A DNA stretch of 64,000 nt, taken from the NCBI GenBank assembly GCA_043228905.1, contig JBHGNT010000011.1, positions 14,198,001 through 14,262,000 on the forward strand, in the 5' to 3' direction. Source of the stretch: Azolla caroliniana. Lineage: Eukaryota > Plantae > Polypodiophyta. Position numbers and translations under genes: made by a program. Shown here in pieces: positions 1-12,631 of this stretch (the first letter of the stretch is position 1; every line of letters begins with the position of its first letter). The notes beneath the pieces are model-generated. The model was not told the DNA's origin, ran no database searches, and saw only the letters and a list, made by a program, of their open reading frames with translations.

Positions 1-84
1 GCTCCCCCTCGTTAGGCGAGTTACATCTTGTTGATGGGTGGGGGGTGAAGCCTAGAATGGCTCCACCCCCCTCCCAAGGGGGTT

Positions 85-138
<54 letters not shown>

Positions 139-639
139 AGGAAACAAAGATACACACCAAAATGAGAGGGAAAATTGTATATTGCATTACATGCCCCATA
201 AGGGGTTTATATAGTACATATGATCGTTACAAAAAAGACCATTACACACATGCATATAATTGTGCATGTGTTCACACACATATTCCACCTCACTCACACT
301 CGTATACATTACACATACACAACAACCACTTTATAGTGTTCCACCCTTACATCTCCCCTTACTACTCCTACGAGTAACACATCTCACTCTCATACACACA
401 CTCGTTACAATGTCAATCAACCACACTATAATGATTTGCCCTAGGTGTATTTATACTACAACTTTAGGGCTATATTACAATCATTCTTGCCCAAATAAGT
501 GCGACAAAACCTATTTACAAATGTGGCCATTTTCGGATGCTTCATCCAGATCTGGATCTAGATCCGGTCCTTCTTCTTGCTCGGATAACCGATCCGGCTC
601 ATGTTGTCCTTCCCATCCAGAGGAACTTGTTTCCTAACA
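1..639 (-). mobile_element. LTR (partial, runs off window start) of an LTR retrotransposon
   Basis: Minus strand begins TGTTAGGAAACAAGTTCCTCTGGATGGGAAGG at 639, similar to TGTTGAGAAACAGGTCCCTCCGGATGGGATCC at 53231. Contains GGATC-rich repeats, a minus-strand TATAAA near 207-212 and a (GT)n(GA)n tract at 87-138. Confidence 0.5.
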
Positions 640-1661
640 TAATTGTGCATCACTGTAGGATTCCAAGGGGGGTGAAGAGGAGATGTTAGGTCTCTGATGG
701 ACAACCTTATCAACTAATTTACAACCATCTCTTCTTTTGTTTTGTAATTAGTAATCAAAATTAAATTACAACACACACGTATAATTGTAATGAAAATGGG
801 CGGATTATTTTATGGATGCACCTTAAAAACCCATCGGGTCCAAGTTGCATCTCTTGTTGTGTAGATCCTCATAATGGACCAATACTATTGTCTAAAATAA
901 CAATCAACGCAAATGGTGGAGATGATGAGTTGTAAGTCTAAAGTCCCTAACTCCTCTTATCGCAACCTCCTAGAAATGTCCAAATAAGGAGAACTTAATT
1001 ATTACCAATATACCTACTAGTAGTTAAATATGTCTAAGAACCCAAATCTTGAGTTTTGATGACAAAAACATATTCCACAATCCCAAGTACATAAGGAACA
1101 ATTTGAAGATGTAGAGAAGGCAATCAACCTCCCCTTGTGCAAACTTGAAACACGCGTTGAAACGGGGATTTTATCCAAACAAAGAAGCCCATAAGGCAAA
1201 TATGAATGTCCAAATAGATCTCTCACCCGATGGACAATTGATGAATCTACATAGGCTGTGTTCCTCATAAATTGTGCAAAACAAACACATTGCATGATGT
1301 GATATTCCAAAGGATTGAACCTTACATAGGTTATGTTCCTCATAAATTGTCCAAAACAAACATATTGCACGATGTGATATTCCTTAGCTGCAAAGCAACT
1401 CCTCCGGTTGGCAATCCACCCACCCTAACACACTCGTGAAATAAATAGCCAAGCATTCAAAGGAGGACTATCACCAACGAGTTTACATGCTACCAATTGG
1501 TATCGCATAATATTTATATATTTTAAACGTGTTAAAAAAATGGTTTGTGTGAAGGGTTTAATGACCCTGCCATCATTATATGGTTAAATGAGAATGTACA
1601 TAATACATTGTTTGCCTTCATGAATCTTCCTACTGCAAAGAATGTACGTGAAGCAGACAGA

Positions 1662-3987
1662 TCACGAAAGGGCGGCGGGGCTGAAGATGTTGGCAACCGC
1701 CGAGGAGCGGAGCAGAGAGAGGGCATCGGCGGAGACGAGGCAGCGCGGAGTCTTGTACTGCGTTATGGCCGCGCCGCTCTGCATGAAGCGGTCCAGCAGG
1801 CGGGAGAATGTGCCGCGCCGTACGATGCAGAGCTCTAGAGGCCCGATGGTCCCCATCTTCCGCGACGTCACATACCCGGCCTCCACCAACGACCCGTCCA
1901 TCAGCGCCGCACATTCGGCCAACACCTCCGCTTTTGTCCTCCTCTTTTTATCTCCCGCACTACTCTGCTTCCTCTCCTGCCCTTCGTATGTCCTCCTCTT
2001 ATACGCCTTCGCACAACTCTGCATCGACTCCATGGTGTTGGTGTTGGTGGTGGTCGCAACTTCCCCCGACTCCCCTTCCACCTCCCAGAAGACCACGTAG
2101 TGACCGGGCGTCGTGCTTCTGTCGGCGTAGCTCGTGTAGTCCACCAGCTCCATGGAGCCCCCGCTGGCCTCCACCAACCGCTTTGCCCCCCTGTCCACCA
2201 CCGCTTTTAGGTCCTTCTCCGTGATCTTGTCGATGTTGAGGCTCAGCATCACGTTCTTCCGGCAGACGTATGCCACCTGCGGCGCGTTGTTGTAGAACCC
2301 TGTGACTCGCACGATGTCACCTAGACGGTATCTGTACAGTCCCCATGCTGTCGTCATGACCACCTCGTACTCTTGGCCAACTTCCACGTCCGTTAGTCCA
2401 ACCGGCGTTCCTTCGTCGTATGCCGCCAGGGCTGCGCCACCACCGTTAGATATGTCATTCATGCAGCTGGATCTCCTGGTCAAGGGAATGAACTCGAAGA
2501 AGCCGAGCGTGGGCAGAATGGTGAAGGACACGTCGCTAGGCCTCAAATTTGGGCCCACATTGACACCGATCCAGCCTTCGGTGGCGCCGTAGTCAGCGGA
2601 CACAAGCGGTACAGTCCCCGCAGTGTAAAACTCAAGTTTCTCTACGTAGACCTCCATTGCGCCAGTGAGGATGGAGAGCAAGTAGGTGCACCGCGGCCAC
2701 AGGGTGCGGACAACGCCCTTCCAAGCGCCACCTGACTCCAGAGCTCGTTTGGAGGTCAAGCTGCGGCACTTGGCAGCGATGGAGTCCGCGAGCTCGGGAT
2801 TGGGTCTACGGAGGATGTGCTCTGCCATAGTCGCCCGGAGGACGGGGTCCGTGATCTTCTGGTTGAGCTCACCAGAGCGGATGTCGTGACAGAGTGTGCG
2901 CCATTCGGCCTCCAGTGTCCGGAGGGCTTCCACGAGTGTGAACGCGAAGGGGGCGCTGAGGACTTCGACTTCGTGGGCATGGAGGAGGCCGCAGAGGAGG
3001 TGGCAGTACATTGACTGGCGGCAGTCGGCAGCGAGGATGACATCTTGAGGGCTACAGGATTGGAATCCGCTCCTCTGCTGCCGCATGCGGAACGCGTCGG
3101 TCCGGATCATGTGAGTGGTGGCAGTCCCGGCCCTCAGCCCGCCTTGGGTTGTCGAGAACTTCCCGCAGAAGAGGAACTCCAGGATGCGTGATCCAGGCTT
3201 CACCGGATAAATCCTGCACATCACAGATGGAACAGCGCACGCAAGGTTAATTACTTAGTCAGGAGGACGATGAATGATTTGAAAGAGCTGTGAGAATAAG
3301 CTGTGAGAATCAGTTGCATTTTTTATTATAGAAATGGCGCATTATAATGAATGAATGGCGTGGTCACTGGTGTAGGTTAAGGTGAAGGAAACAAGAATTA
3401 TGAGCTCACCCTTGTCGAAAGGCAGCAGCGATGCTGGCTACCTCCAGCGTCCCTTCCCTGAGGCCATGGTGATACAGAAGATACTTGGCCTTGGTATCAG
3501 TGGTCCCAGAGCTGAGGCACAGGCCTTGGACAGGGGCTGCCGTGAGGAGCCCCCGTGGCAAGCCATCATTCCCGTGCTCCGCGATCCTTTGAATGAATGG
3601 CATGATATCGGCGTGAGTAACCAGAGGAACGGTCTTCTGAAATCTTGGGATGCCATGATCTGCATCTTGTATCATCTTTCCGGTTACCTCATGACATCCC
3701 GTGCCATCGCCGACCACCGGCCGTAATAATAATGATTCGATACCATCGAACTGTTGCAGATATTCGCAAGAAGCATTCTCTCTAATGATGGAGTGGAGTA
3801 AGTCGGATTGAATTTCGGCTGCATTCTTCGTGATATACTCGAACCGATCGAGGACGGGTTGGAATCGATTGGGTTTCTGATGGGCGGCGCTTGGTAATGG
3901 GAAATGGTCACCCGGCAGCAAATCGGAATCGGAATCAGAATTGGAGGCAGAGGAAGAAGGGATGATCCACAGTGGGCGGCCAGGCAT
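1662..3987 (-). CDS. GH3: GH3 acyl-acid amido synthetase, group I (GH3.10/DFL2/JAR1-like), 709 aa, 2 exons
   Basis: Exons 3987-3410 and 3213-1662 with a GT-AG intron (GG|GTGAG...TGCAG|G); 2130 nt, in frame. Motifs LSSGTT, ILEFLFCGK...GGLRAGTATTH, CSPQDVI...QSMYCHLLCGL, DYGATEGWIGVN, GLYRYRLGD, PGHYVVFWE, QYKTPRC. The IYPVKPGSRILEF...GTATTH segment is most like GH3.10. Confidence 0.95.
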
Positions 3988-4245
3988 GATGATGATGATG
4001 ATGATGATGGGGATTAGTAGTAGTGATGGGATCTGAGAATGGAGTGGAGTGGTGATGGATGATGAGAATGAGCGGTGATTAATGAATGAAGTGGGATTAG
4101 CAGCAGAGGGCAAGCAGGAGGAGGAGGTGGGGGGGGGTTGATGGAATTGAAATTTGAGCAGAGGCCAAGCAGTGGGCTTTTGCTTGACTTGAGTTTGAGT
4201 TGATTTAAGTTGAGGTGAGGTGAGGTAAGTGTGTTGGAGTGGGGG

Positions 4246-4284
4246 TTTTTATAGGCCAAATTCCCGCGGAGACAATTACGTAAT
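4246..4284 (-). promoter_or_regulatory. GH3 core promoter: TATA box with adjacent AuxRE (TGTCTC) and ACGT-core A-box
   Basis: Minus-strand TATAAAAA at 4253-4246, TGTCTC at 4274-4269 and palindrome ATTACGTAAT at 4275-4284, all within 40 bp and about 260 bp upstream of the ATG. Confidence 0.5.
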
Positions 4285-4653
4285 GTGAAAAGGACAGGGG
4301 GAGTAATGGATTCTCACATGTTTGGAATACATATGTATAGATAGATGAGATAGATGAAAGGAAAGAGAGAGGAGATAATTTTAAAGAGAGTTTGGGAAGA
4401 TCCCTTGCTCCTGATTCTGCTGCGCCGTGTTTTTCTTTGGGTGAGAACAAACCGTCAACGCTGCTTCTGCTTCTTCTTTATTTAATCATCGTATACAGTG
4501 AATGAATGAGCCATGAAACTGTTTGTGTCCTGTGTGTGTGGGCTCTACTCGGTCGGTTCGGTTCTTCTTCTTTCGTCCTTGTTCCTTCTTTTTGTCGACT
4601 GCATACAAATGTTATCCAATCCATACATACATACATGTAGGCATGCACGCCTG

Positions 4654-4733
4654 TTGTTTCCTCTTAAATTCGTTGAAATTCAAACAAAAACATTTGTTTC
4701 CTCTTAAATTCGTTGAACTTCAAACAAAAACAT
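4654..4733. repeat. 40-bp tandem duplication
   Basis: TTGTTTCCTCTTAAATTCGTTGAA(A/C)TTCAAACAAAAACAT x2, one mismatch. Confidence 0.9.
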
Positions 4734-5213
4734 AAGAGAGGCCTGCGTCTTGCCCCCCATTTTGACTTCTGTGCTACAGCACTCACATGAAAACACCACA
4801 ATTATTTTTCGACAAAGAGCACACAATTATATTAATAAATATGTGTGAAAACACTAGTACAATGGGCAAGTGGAGCATGCTAAATCGCTATTAATAGGCG
4901 AGAGGAACACCGCCCAAAGAATTTCAACTTTCATCAAATAAACAAAATTGTCACATGATTAATATGCCCCTCAACCCTCTAGTGGGATCTTCCCAAACTC
5001 TCTTTTATCAATGAATACCATGCATACCATTAAATACAATTTAACATTGCGCACATCTTAATCATGATGCAATCGGCCCCAACATTTCACATGTAGGAAC
5101 ATGATCTCCATCTCTAGAGTATTTCTAAGTCAACCTATGTGAATTGTTGCCACACACACTCTATTAGTTTAAATTAACACTAACATGACAAACCTAAGAA
5201 ATGTAGTTACCCC

Positions 5214-8200
5214 TATTGAGAATCGAACTCAACTTCCCATAGAGAGAGTGTTCACATTAGTAAGTGGACATCGTAATAGGATATTTTTGTAATTAGTAGA
5301 AACTTGGGCACTTGCCCTAGATCAATTGGTATTTAAACCAACCCTTTGCAACTTAGTTACTGTTGGATGTAATATACAATTTCTTGTTTAGAGCTCTCAC
5401 TCACTCACTCACTCTCTCTCTCTCTCTCCCATTCTCTCTTGTGCGCGCGTGCACACACACACACACACACACAGAGTCCTTCCACTACACAAAATCACTC
5501 TCGATTCTTTACATGGTATCAAAGTGCGTGGTAGCTTGATCCAAGCCCATTGCCCTTACGTGTGTTATGCTCAAACTCGTAGAGAACCGACTCATCGTTG
5601 TAGCAATGATTTCTGCACAGCTCACATCAAGAGTAGAAGAAGTTCGATAATGAACACCCATATGGGAAGCACTCTTCCCACCGATAAGCTCGATAGAACA
5701 AACTTCGCATCTTGGGAGTACAAGATGCATCAGTACCTTGTCGGACAAGGTTACTAGAGCTACATCGAGGGACCTCACAAAACGCAACCCAACCCGACAC
5801 ACGCTGACTACCTAGCATGGGAGCAGGCCGCGAGTTGTGTGTTGTATTGCCTTGCATCATGCGTCCATGACCACATGCTCGACTATATTTGAGATTCGAA
5901 AACGCCGAAATAAGCTTGGGGAAATCTAGGAAAAAGCTTTAGTTAGAAGAAAAACGCATGATAGAAAAAAGTTAGACATGCACATCTAGCATGCATGAAC
6001 ACTATAGTCGATAAAAACGCATGAGGTTAGAAAAAGCATGATCACTTTTAGAAAAAAAAAACATGTTAGAGAAAGCATATAGTCTATAGATAGAGAAAAC
6101 ATGGAGTCCATAGTTAGAGAAAAAGCATGGATTGCTAAGACTCTCTCATCACTATATAAGGATGAGGAGCACAATGTAATAAAGGGAGAGAAAATTATGG
6201 ATGAAAAATCATTAGGGTTAAAAAATAATGATTAATAAAATAAATAATGCTTGTGGGATTCACAAGTTTTCTATATCTTTCTCTTCCAATCTATTCTAAT
6301 TTATTATTAAGGTTTTAAATATTAATAAAATAAATAAACTATACTCGTGGGATTCACAGGGTTTCTATATCCTTCTCATTCAATCTAAATTTATATTCTT
6401 ATTTAGATATTGATTAATAAAATACATTATACTTGTGGGATTCACAAGTTTCAACCTCTCTTTCTTATAATCTATTTATATTCTTATTAGCCTTAAAACT
6501 CTCCTCCTCCTCCTAGTCCAAAACCCCAGTGGTTCCCACCCGACTCACGCAACGATCCATCGTCGAAAGGCACGACAACGTTGTCGTCAACGATGACGAA
6601 ATGGTGCAAATATGACTCGGCGGCTTGGCACCTCGATTCAACACAATCAGATCGGCTATTCTTGCGAGGGAGAACCCTCCCTCCTTTTTCGACCTTCAAT
6701 TGATTCTGTTGGTCGAAGAAAATCACGTTCGACAAAGGAACAATGCACCTAATGGTCAGATGCTCTACTCACAGTTGGATGATAGAAGAGCATTCGGCCG
6801 TGGAAATAGAGGTCGGTTCGGACGAGGCCGACACAATCAACTGACCCAAGAGCGTAACTCCCACCAATGGCAAGAGGAAAGGAATAGTCCCAGAGAGTTC
6901 GGTAGAAGGGGGAGCCACCCCACTGGACCGAGCAATCGTAACAACCTGATCAAATGCGGCTACCATGGAAAACACAACCACTATGAAGAGGAGTGCCGAA
7001 AAATGATACGAGACTCGGCTTCGACTAGCTGACAACTCACGAACTACGTTTCGAATTTCGACTACGACGATCATGGCAGGATGTTCGTAATGAGGCATGA
7101 AGAACATTCGATGTCACCACAGACCCTGACTAGCACCTCTTCTTCAGATAGCATATGGTTTGTCGACTCGGGAGCATCCAATCACATGACGTCCCATGAA
7201 GATTGATTCCGAGAATTATGAAAGCCCGATCGCCCCAACTATGTAGAAACCGAAGATGATACGACTCACCCAATTCGGCATGTCTGAAATGTTCCATTCG
7301 GAAATGATGGCAAACAAACCCACCTCAAGAACGTCTTGCACGTCCCAACCATCACAAAAAACCTAGTCTCGGTCGGCCAGATAGTCGAACTGTCGAGCAC
7401 GGAGGCCGAATACAGGGGCGCAACAGTCGTCGCGTGCGAAGCTGTCTGGCTCAAACGCATCTTGAAGGACCTAGGCATTCCCATCACGGATCCAATTCGC
7501 CTCTTTTGCGACAACATGAGGAACATCTACCTCGCTCTGAACCCAATATTCCACGCACAGACTAAACACATCGAAATGCAGTACCACTTCATTCGCGAGT
7601 GCGTTCAGGCCGGCGAAATCGATCTCCAACACATCACTACAAACCTTCAAATTGTTGACATCTTTACGAAGGCCTTAGGAGTCGACAAGCTCTGGCAATT
7701 CACATCGAACCTTGGTCTCACGATCTCTACATTGCCAAGCTTGAGGGGGAATACATCAGGTGACACGGACACGGAAGCAGCCAAGAAACTGAAGTAACCG
7801 AACAAAGCAGTTGAAGTACGACGAAAAACGAGCATGAAGGCGAAAAGCCGAACAACCAAGTTCGAAGATTTCGAAAGCCAAAAGTTGATTCATCCGAATC
7901 GAAGTATTCCGAAGACCGAAACAAAACAACTTTTCGACATACGGAAGTTGTGTTCGAAGGGGCGTGTTGAGAATTGAACTCAACTTCCCATAGAGAGTGT
8001 TCACACTAGTTAGTAGACATCAGACTAGGATATTTTTGTAATTAGTAGAAACTTGGGCACTTGCCCTAGATCTGTTGGTATCTAAACCAACCCTTTGTAA
8101 CTTAGTTATTGTTGGATGTAATATACAGTTTCTTGTAACTTACATCTCTCACTCCCTCTCCCTCTCTCTCATTCTCTCTTGTGCACATACACACACACAC

Positions 8201-8247
8201 ACACACACAGTCCTTCTGCTACACAGAATCACTCTTGATTCTTTACA
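5214..8247 (+). mobile_element. Internally deleted Ty1/copia LTR retrotransposon (non-autonomous)
   Basis: LTRs 5214-5513 (TA..CA, probably mutated TG) and 7965-8247 (TG..CA); 5-bp TSD ACCCC at 5209-5213 and 8248-8252; PBS TGGTATCAAAG (iMet-like) at 5514; PPT GAAGGGGCG before the 3' LTR. Remnants of gag (KLDRTNFASWEYKMHQYL, degenerate zinc knuckle), protease (WFVDSGASNHMT) and RNase H (LSSTEAEY...HAQTKHIE...DIFTKAL). No integrase or RT. Confidence 0.93.
5928..6575 (+). mobile_element. Foreign AT-rich LTR-like insert within the copia gag
   Basis: Interrupts gag between AWGNL and NVVVNDDEMVQ. Contains AGTTAG(A)nGCATG repeats, CTATATAAG followed by TGTAATAAA, three imperfect ~90-bp units with a CTTGTGGGATTCACAAG core, and ..CCCCA-G-TGGTTCCC (possible LTR end plus PBS). 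Boundaries approximate. Confidence 0.5.
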
Positions 8248-11200
8248 ACCCCAAATCACGAGTAGTCAGACATTGTACGGAATCTTGTGAGTCTTTGTAG
8301 AATAGACATGAGGCTTGTAGAAATGTGAAAGAATCGTCTTCCAAAGCTTGCACTACCGTTCATGTCCCCCAATATGGAAGTTATAAATAAACCCACAATA
8401 TGACAATTAGTTGCAAGCCTAATTAACATCATCAACAAGGGATGAGTAACTCTCGCAAACGACATTAGGCTAAATGGTTATAATCCTTGAGCATCTCAAA
8501 CTAGGGACAATATTAGAATATTCAATTCTACAATTAACCATTACTCTGCATAGATAAGCTTGTACTAGGAAGAGTTTATCTAGCTACCTGCTAATGGGGT
8601 TGAAGACCAAAATATTGAAGATTGAACTAGCCCCCATTCATAATCTTTGATTATGGTGTCATTACATGTCGTGTCCAGAGGAGGAAAATGCCTAAAACCT
8701 ACATTTTATAGTAGGTGAAGTTTATTGTTGATAAAGTAAATGGAAGGAGTTGAGAAAAGATGAAACACAAAACAACAAATAAAGATAGTTCAAGTGGTGA
8801 CAACTATTGACTTGAACAACAAGGTGTAAACAAGATATGGAAATGGTGATTTATGGTACACAAGAAATGGAAATGATTAAGGAGGCAACACGAGATGAGT
8901 TACAATGCACTTTTGGGAAAGTTGAGTATTAGGGATAAGTGGCGTCTCATGCCACAAGTTTCTATGTTTGGTGATAGGGCACTTGACAACTATAAAAAGA
9001 GGAAGACTGCTTATTGCCATGGATGATCACTTTGGGATGGAAGGTTTAACAAGGTCGCAAATCACAAGGCACATAGGATGCCTACAACAACAAAACGCAA
9101 CGTGGTCATCAATCGTAGTTTCGTTATGCCAAAACTCAAGGACCTCCTGATCCTACAATGTTTTTGTGGTTTTATTGTAGTTGAGGGATTGATCTTGATG
9201 TATCAGAGATTTTATGTTTGATGAAAATTATTAACTTTATAAATTTTATTAGTGGAAGATTGTAATAATTTACTTATGATTTGTATTTTCTTGAGGGTCA
9301 CTAAAGAATTTTGGATCAAAAATACGTAAGTGAGCAAATATCGATATCAAAATGAATGATCTACCGGAAATCTTGCACCCTGCCATTGAGCAAGAATCGT
9401 CCAAGAAAAAGGAAATGGAAGCCTCCCAGGTCTTTCAGACCTAGGGATCTTCAGAGATTCAAACCTAGGCTTCGTCACTTTCTAGGCCCAAGGTCTAGAG
9501 ACGAAGAAGGGGGACACAAAGGCACATAAGTAAAATTAAGGGGTGAAAGAGGGAAGGATTAAGAGATGGAGAAGGAGAAGGAAATGAAATGCCTTACTAT
9601 TGCTTGTCGATGAGCACCAAAGAGAGGAAGCTAGAGGAAGAGCTTTGGCTAAGACAAAGCAACAATTGTAATTGTTGTCGATTGACTTTGAAGACCAATG
9701 CCGATTTCAAATCTGCAACCTAGTGACATGTTCACATCACTTAAATATCGCCCTCCCCCTTTTTCATACTCAAGGACCTTACCCACGAACAAAAGGGGAA
9801 CTTTACTTTTCCCTAAATACCCTTCCCCACATATCATTTGTCACACACTCATATAAACTCATAGACACATACACAACCATTTGCAAACAATTTCACATAT
9901 TATACAATTGACACTTTTAGAGGAATATTATTTTCACACATCTTCCTTGGCTCAAGTCCCTTATGGTCCCGTTCATTTTCATAACTTCACCACAACACTC
10001 CCTCAATCTTCTTTTTGTTGTGACGTCAATCAAGAAATAGAAAAGTTGATCACATCCTCGTCTTTTACAGCCAAGGTAAGGTTATGTTTCCCAAAATGTT
10101 GGTTTCCCCCTCATCTGCCATTTGAACTCAACAAAAAACCATCTATTGGTCACCATTTTTCAACAAATGCACCAAATGCAACACAATGTAAATGTCTTCA
10201 TTTCTCTTAGTATGATTTTCCATCAACTAAATAAATGTGAACTATATTAAGGTGATAAATTTATGTATACACATATACAAAAATAACAATAAATTAGAAC
10301 TATAAAAATGATATATGATTAACACATCATCATTTAAATTTTGTAATTTCTATCATATTTTGTAATTTTTAAATAACTCGGTGACATCCTTTTCATATTT
10401 GCACACACAATCCATCACGATCCACCGTTTTATCGCATAAACCCTACGTTCTACTTTTAATATCATCACTAGCTATCAACCTTAGTTCTGCTCAAACGAG
10501 CTAAACTTTTAATCCATGGTTTAATGGTTTATTGGCTCAAAAATAATAAAATGGTTTAGTTTGGTTTCAATTATGAATAAACAGTTTAATTTAAGCAAAC
10601 TGAGGTTTATAGGTTTATTAGTTTGAGTGGTTCTGTTTAATGATTTATTAGTGTTTGCTTAACTTTTCTTTATTTCCTTAATGGTTTAATGTTTGTATTT
10701 ATTTAAAGATTTTTTATGTTTAATTATTTAATTGGTCTAAGTTAATTAGCCTTTTAATTTCATGATTTTTTAATTAATTTATTTTTTGTTTAATTAAATG
10801 AGAGATACATGAACAGAAATGAGGAGAATTGAAACTGCTATGTAATAGATAATAAGGTGGGATAACAAGCTGGAATACAACTACAAGAGTTAATTGCTAC
10901 AACAGCTAGAAGATAAAAAATACCACACTCTAATGTTCCTGGTTTCCTCTTTATATAATAGAGAAAGTGGAGGGAACGTTGGATGTGTTTAAAAATACAG
11001 TTACTAATAAAAGGAAAACAGTAATAGTTAATAATAGTAACTAATCTAGATGTGGTGTAGAGTTAATGTGACAACTAAACGTAGTTGCTCTGAAACTGTT
11101 TTGTTGTTTCTAACATAGTGAACCATATGTGTTTGTTAAACTTGTGAATTGGATGATTGGGTAGGGGGTTACAAGGTTACGCCTTCTTTACATAGGGTTT

Positions 11201-11301
11201 TAACTCTCGGGAAAAAACTTCATGGAATTTTTTAATGGTTGTGTCTCAACTTTTCCTTTAAATGCTTTAAATAGTTTGGTTTTACCTTTGCATTAACGGT
11301 T

Positions 11302-11468
11302 TTGTTTAACTAGATTGGTAGTACTTAAATAGGTTGGTTTTGTTTTCAAAACCAAGAAACCAAATTGTGCCCATACTTTCTTTTTGTTTAACTAAATTGG
11401 TAGTACTTAAATAGGTTGGTTTTGTTTTCAAAACCAAGAAACCAAATTGTGCTCATACTTTCTTTCTT
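11302..11468. repeat. ~82-bp tandem duplication next to the LINE 3' end
   Basis: TTTGTTTAACTA(G/A)ATTGGTAGTACTTAAATAGG...CAAATTGTGC(C/T)CATACTTTCTTT x2. Confidence 0.85.
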
Positions 11469-11469
11469 T

Positions 11470-12400
11470 TTCCAAAAAAAACACTACTTAGCATTAGTTA
11501 GCAAACAATTACATCATAGACCACCAAAAATTCAGCAACCCTCACTCTAGCCTTCTCACTAAAATGGACATAGTCCCCACCTCATTTACAACAAAAGTAT
11601 CCACAACTCCTATAAATTTGTACCATATCTATACATAGTTACAACACCTGGGCACTGATGGAAGTCATTGGGGGAAACAACCATCAGGGTGCTTTGTAGT
11701 TCCATTCAGGCCCTGATGATGATTTGCCCACCATAGGAGAACTACCCCATTTCAGCAAGAACTTTGACCGAGCTCTTTCAGTTGCATCAGATTCCCCCTG
11801 AATTGAGTCGTACCGTCCCCACAACCAAGATACTAGCTCGAACCAGTTATTTAACAACACCTCACCGCTAGGGATCTTTTGCTGTTGAAAAACAAACTTA
11901 CAACGCCTAGTTCAAATGTGCCAGACCAATAAACAAGCCACCATCATCCATATCTCTTCAAAAAATTCTGAGTTAGTGCCAGGTCGAACTCTAGCGCGTT
12001 GAAACACCTTGCCACCCTGCACTATAAATCCATGACGATGGCGGTTTAACTGTTCAGCCTAGCCTTCCCTTCTTAACTTCAGCCCCTATACGGACCCCCA
12101 TACCACTCTCCCATTCACGCCGCATGCTGCCACTATCCTGAGACTTCTACCCCAAATGTTAATAGCCTCTCTGCAATTCCAAAAACAATGAGGAATTTAT
12201 TCCAAAGGGTGTCCACATATCTTGCAACCAGCCTCACCACCATAACACCTGAGCCACTCCCCCACCGGTACCGCTTTATGACTAAGAAGCCACAACCAAA
12301 GCTTTATTTTTTCTAGCATATTGAACGCCCATAATCTCCTCCAAAACAACTTCAACAAGTCATCAGAAATGCCTTTATCCTTAATCATCACAACTGCATG
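11470..12400 (-). mobile_element. 5'-truncated L1-type LINE remnant (zf-RVT C-terminal region)
   Basis: FWRRLW...KIKLWLWLL.HKA.P.GEWL...CKICG...E*IPHCFWNC, then W.....LLVWHI*..RC..VFQQ; has in-frame stops. GC higher than the flanks. Confidence 0.75.
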
Positions 12401-12631
12401 ACATTATACCAAATGGGTAGAAGTAAAAAATGTGTCAATTGTTTATATGTAAATTAGTATATTGTATGGTTAGTCTAATGTTAAAAGAGTGGTTTCAAGG
12501 TGACTTGCTTGCATAGTTTTGTGGGTGGTATATCTTGCATAGAGAGGTGCAAGGTGATACACATTCATGTACTACCTTTTGCATACTATAAATGGGGTTC
12601 TAACCCTAGTCCTCAAGGAGTTCAATAACAA

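Noticed and set aside
1662-3213. GC-rich exon as a bacterial horizontal transfer
   Set aside because: The protein is a plant group I GH3 with a spliceosomal intron, and the PHD gene shows the same GC-rich exon style.
1545-3240. Several overlapping plus-strand and alternative-frame ORFs over GH3, and likewise over the PHD gene and TE ORFs
   Set aside because: Shadow ORFs caused by high GC. They have no motifs, and the main frame explains the sequence.
3988-4113. N-terminal extension with poly-Ile in ORF 3406-4113
   Set aside because: It starts at TTG and crosses an (ATC)n microsatellite, so it is most likely 5' UTR. The first ATG is at 3987.
6250-6448. Regularly spaced palindromic repeats resembling a CRISPR array
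   Set aside because: Only three degenerate units, the spacers are similar to one another, there are no cas genes, and the context is a eukaryotic retroelement.
8253-11115. Possible decayed transposon fragments and a TG..CA solo LTR at about 10841-11115
   Set aside because: No diagnostic motifs and no TSD match, so it cannot be supported without a repeat library.
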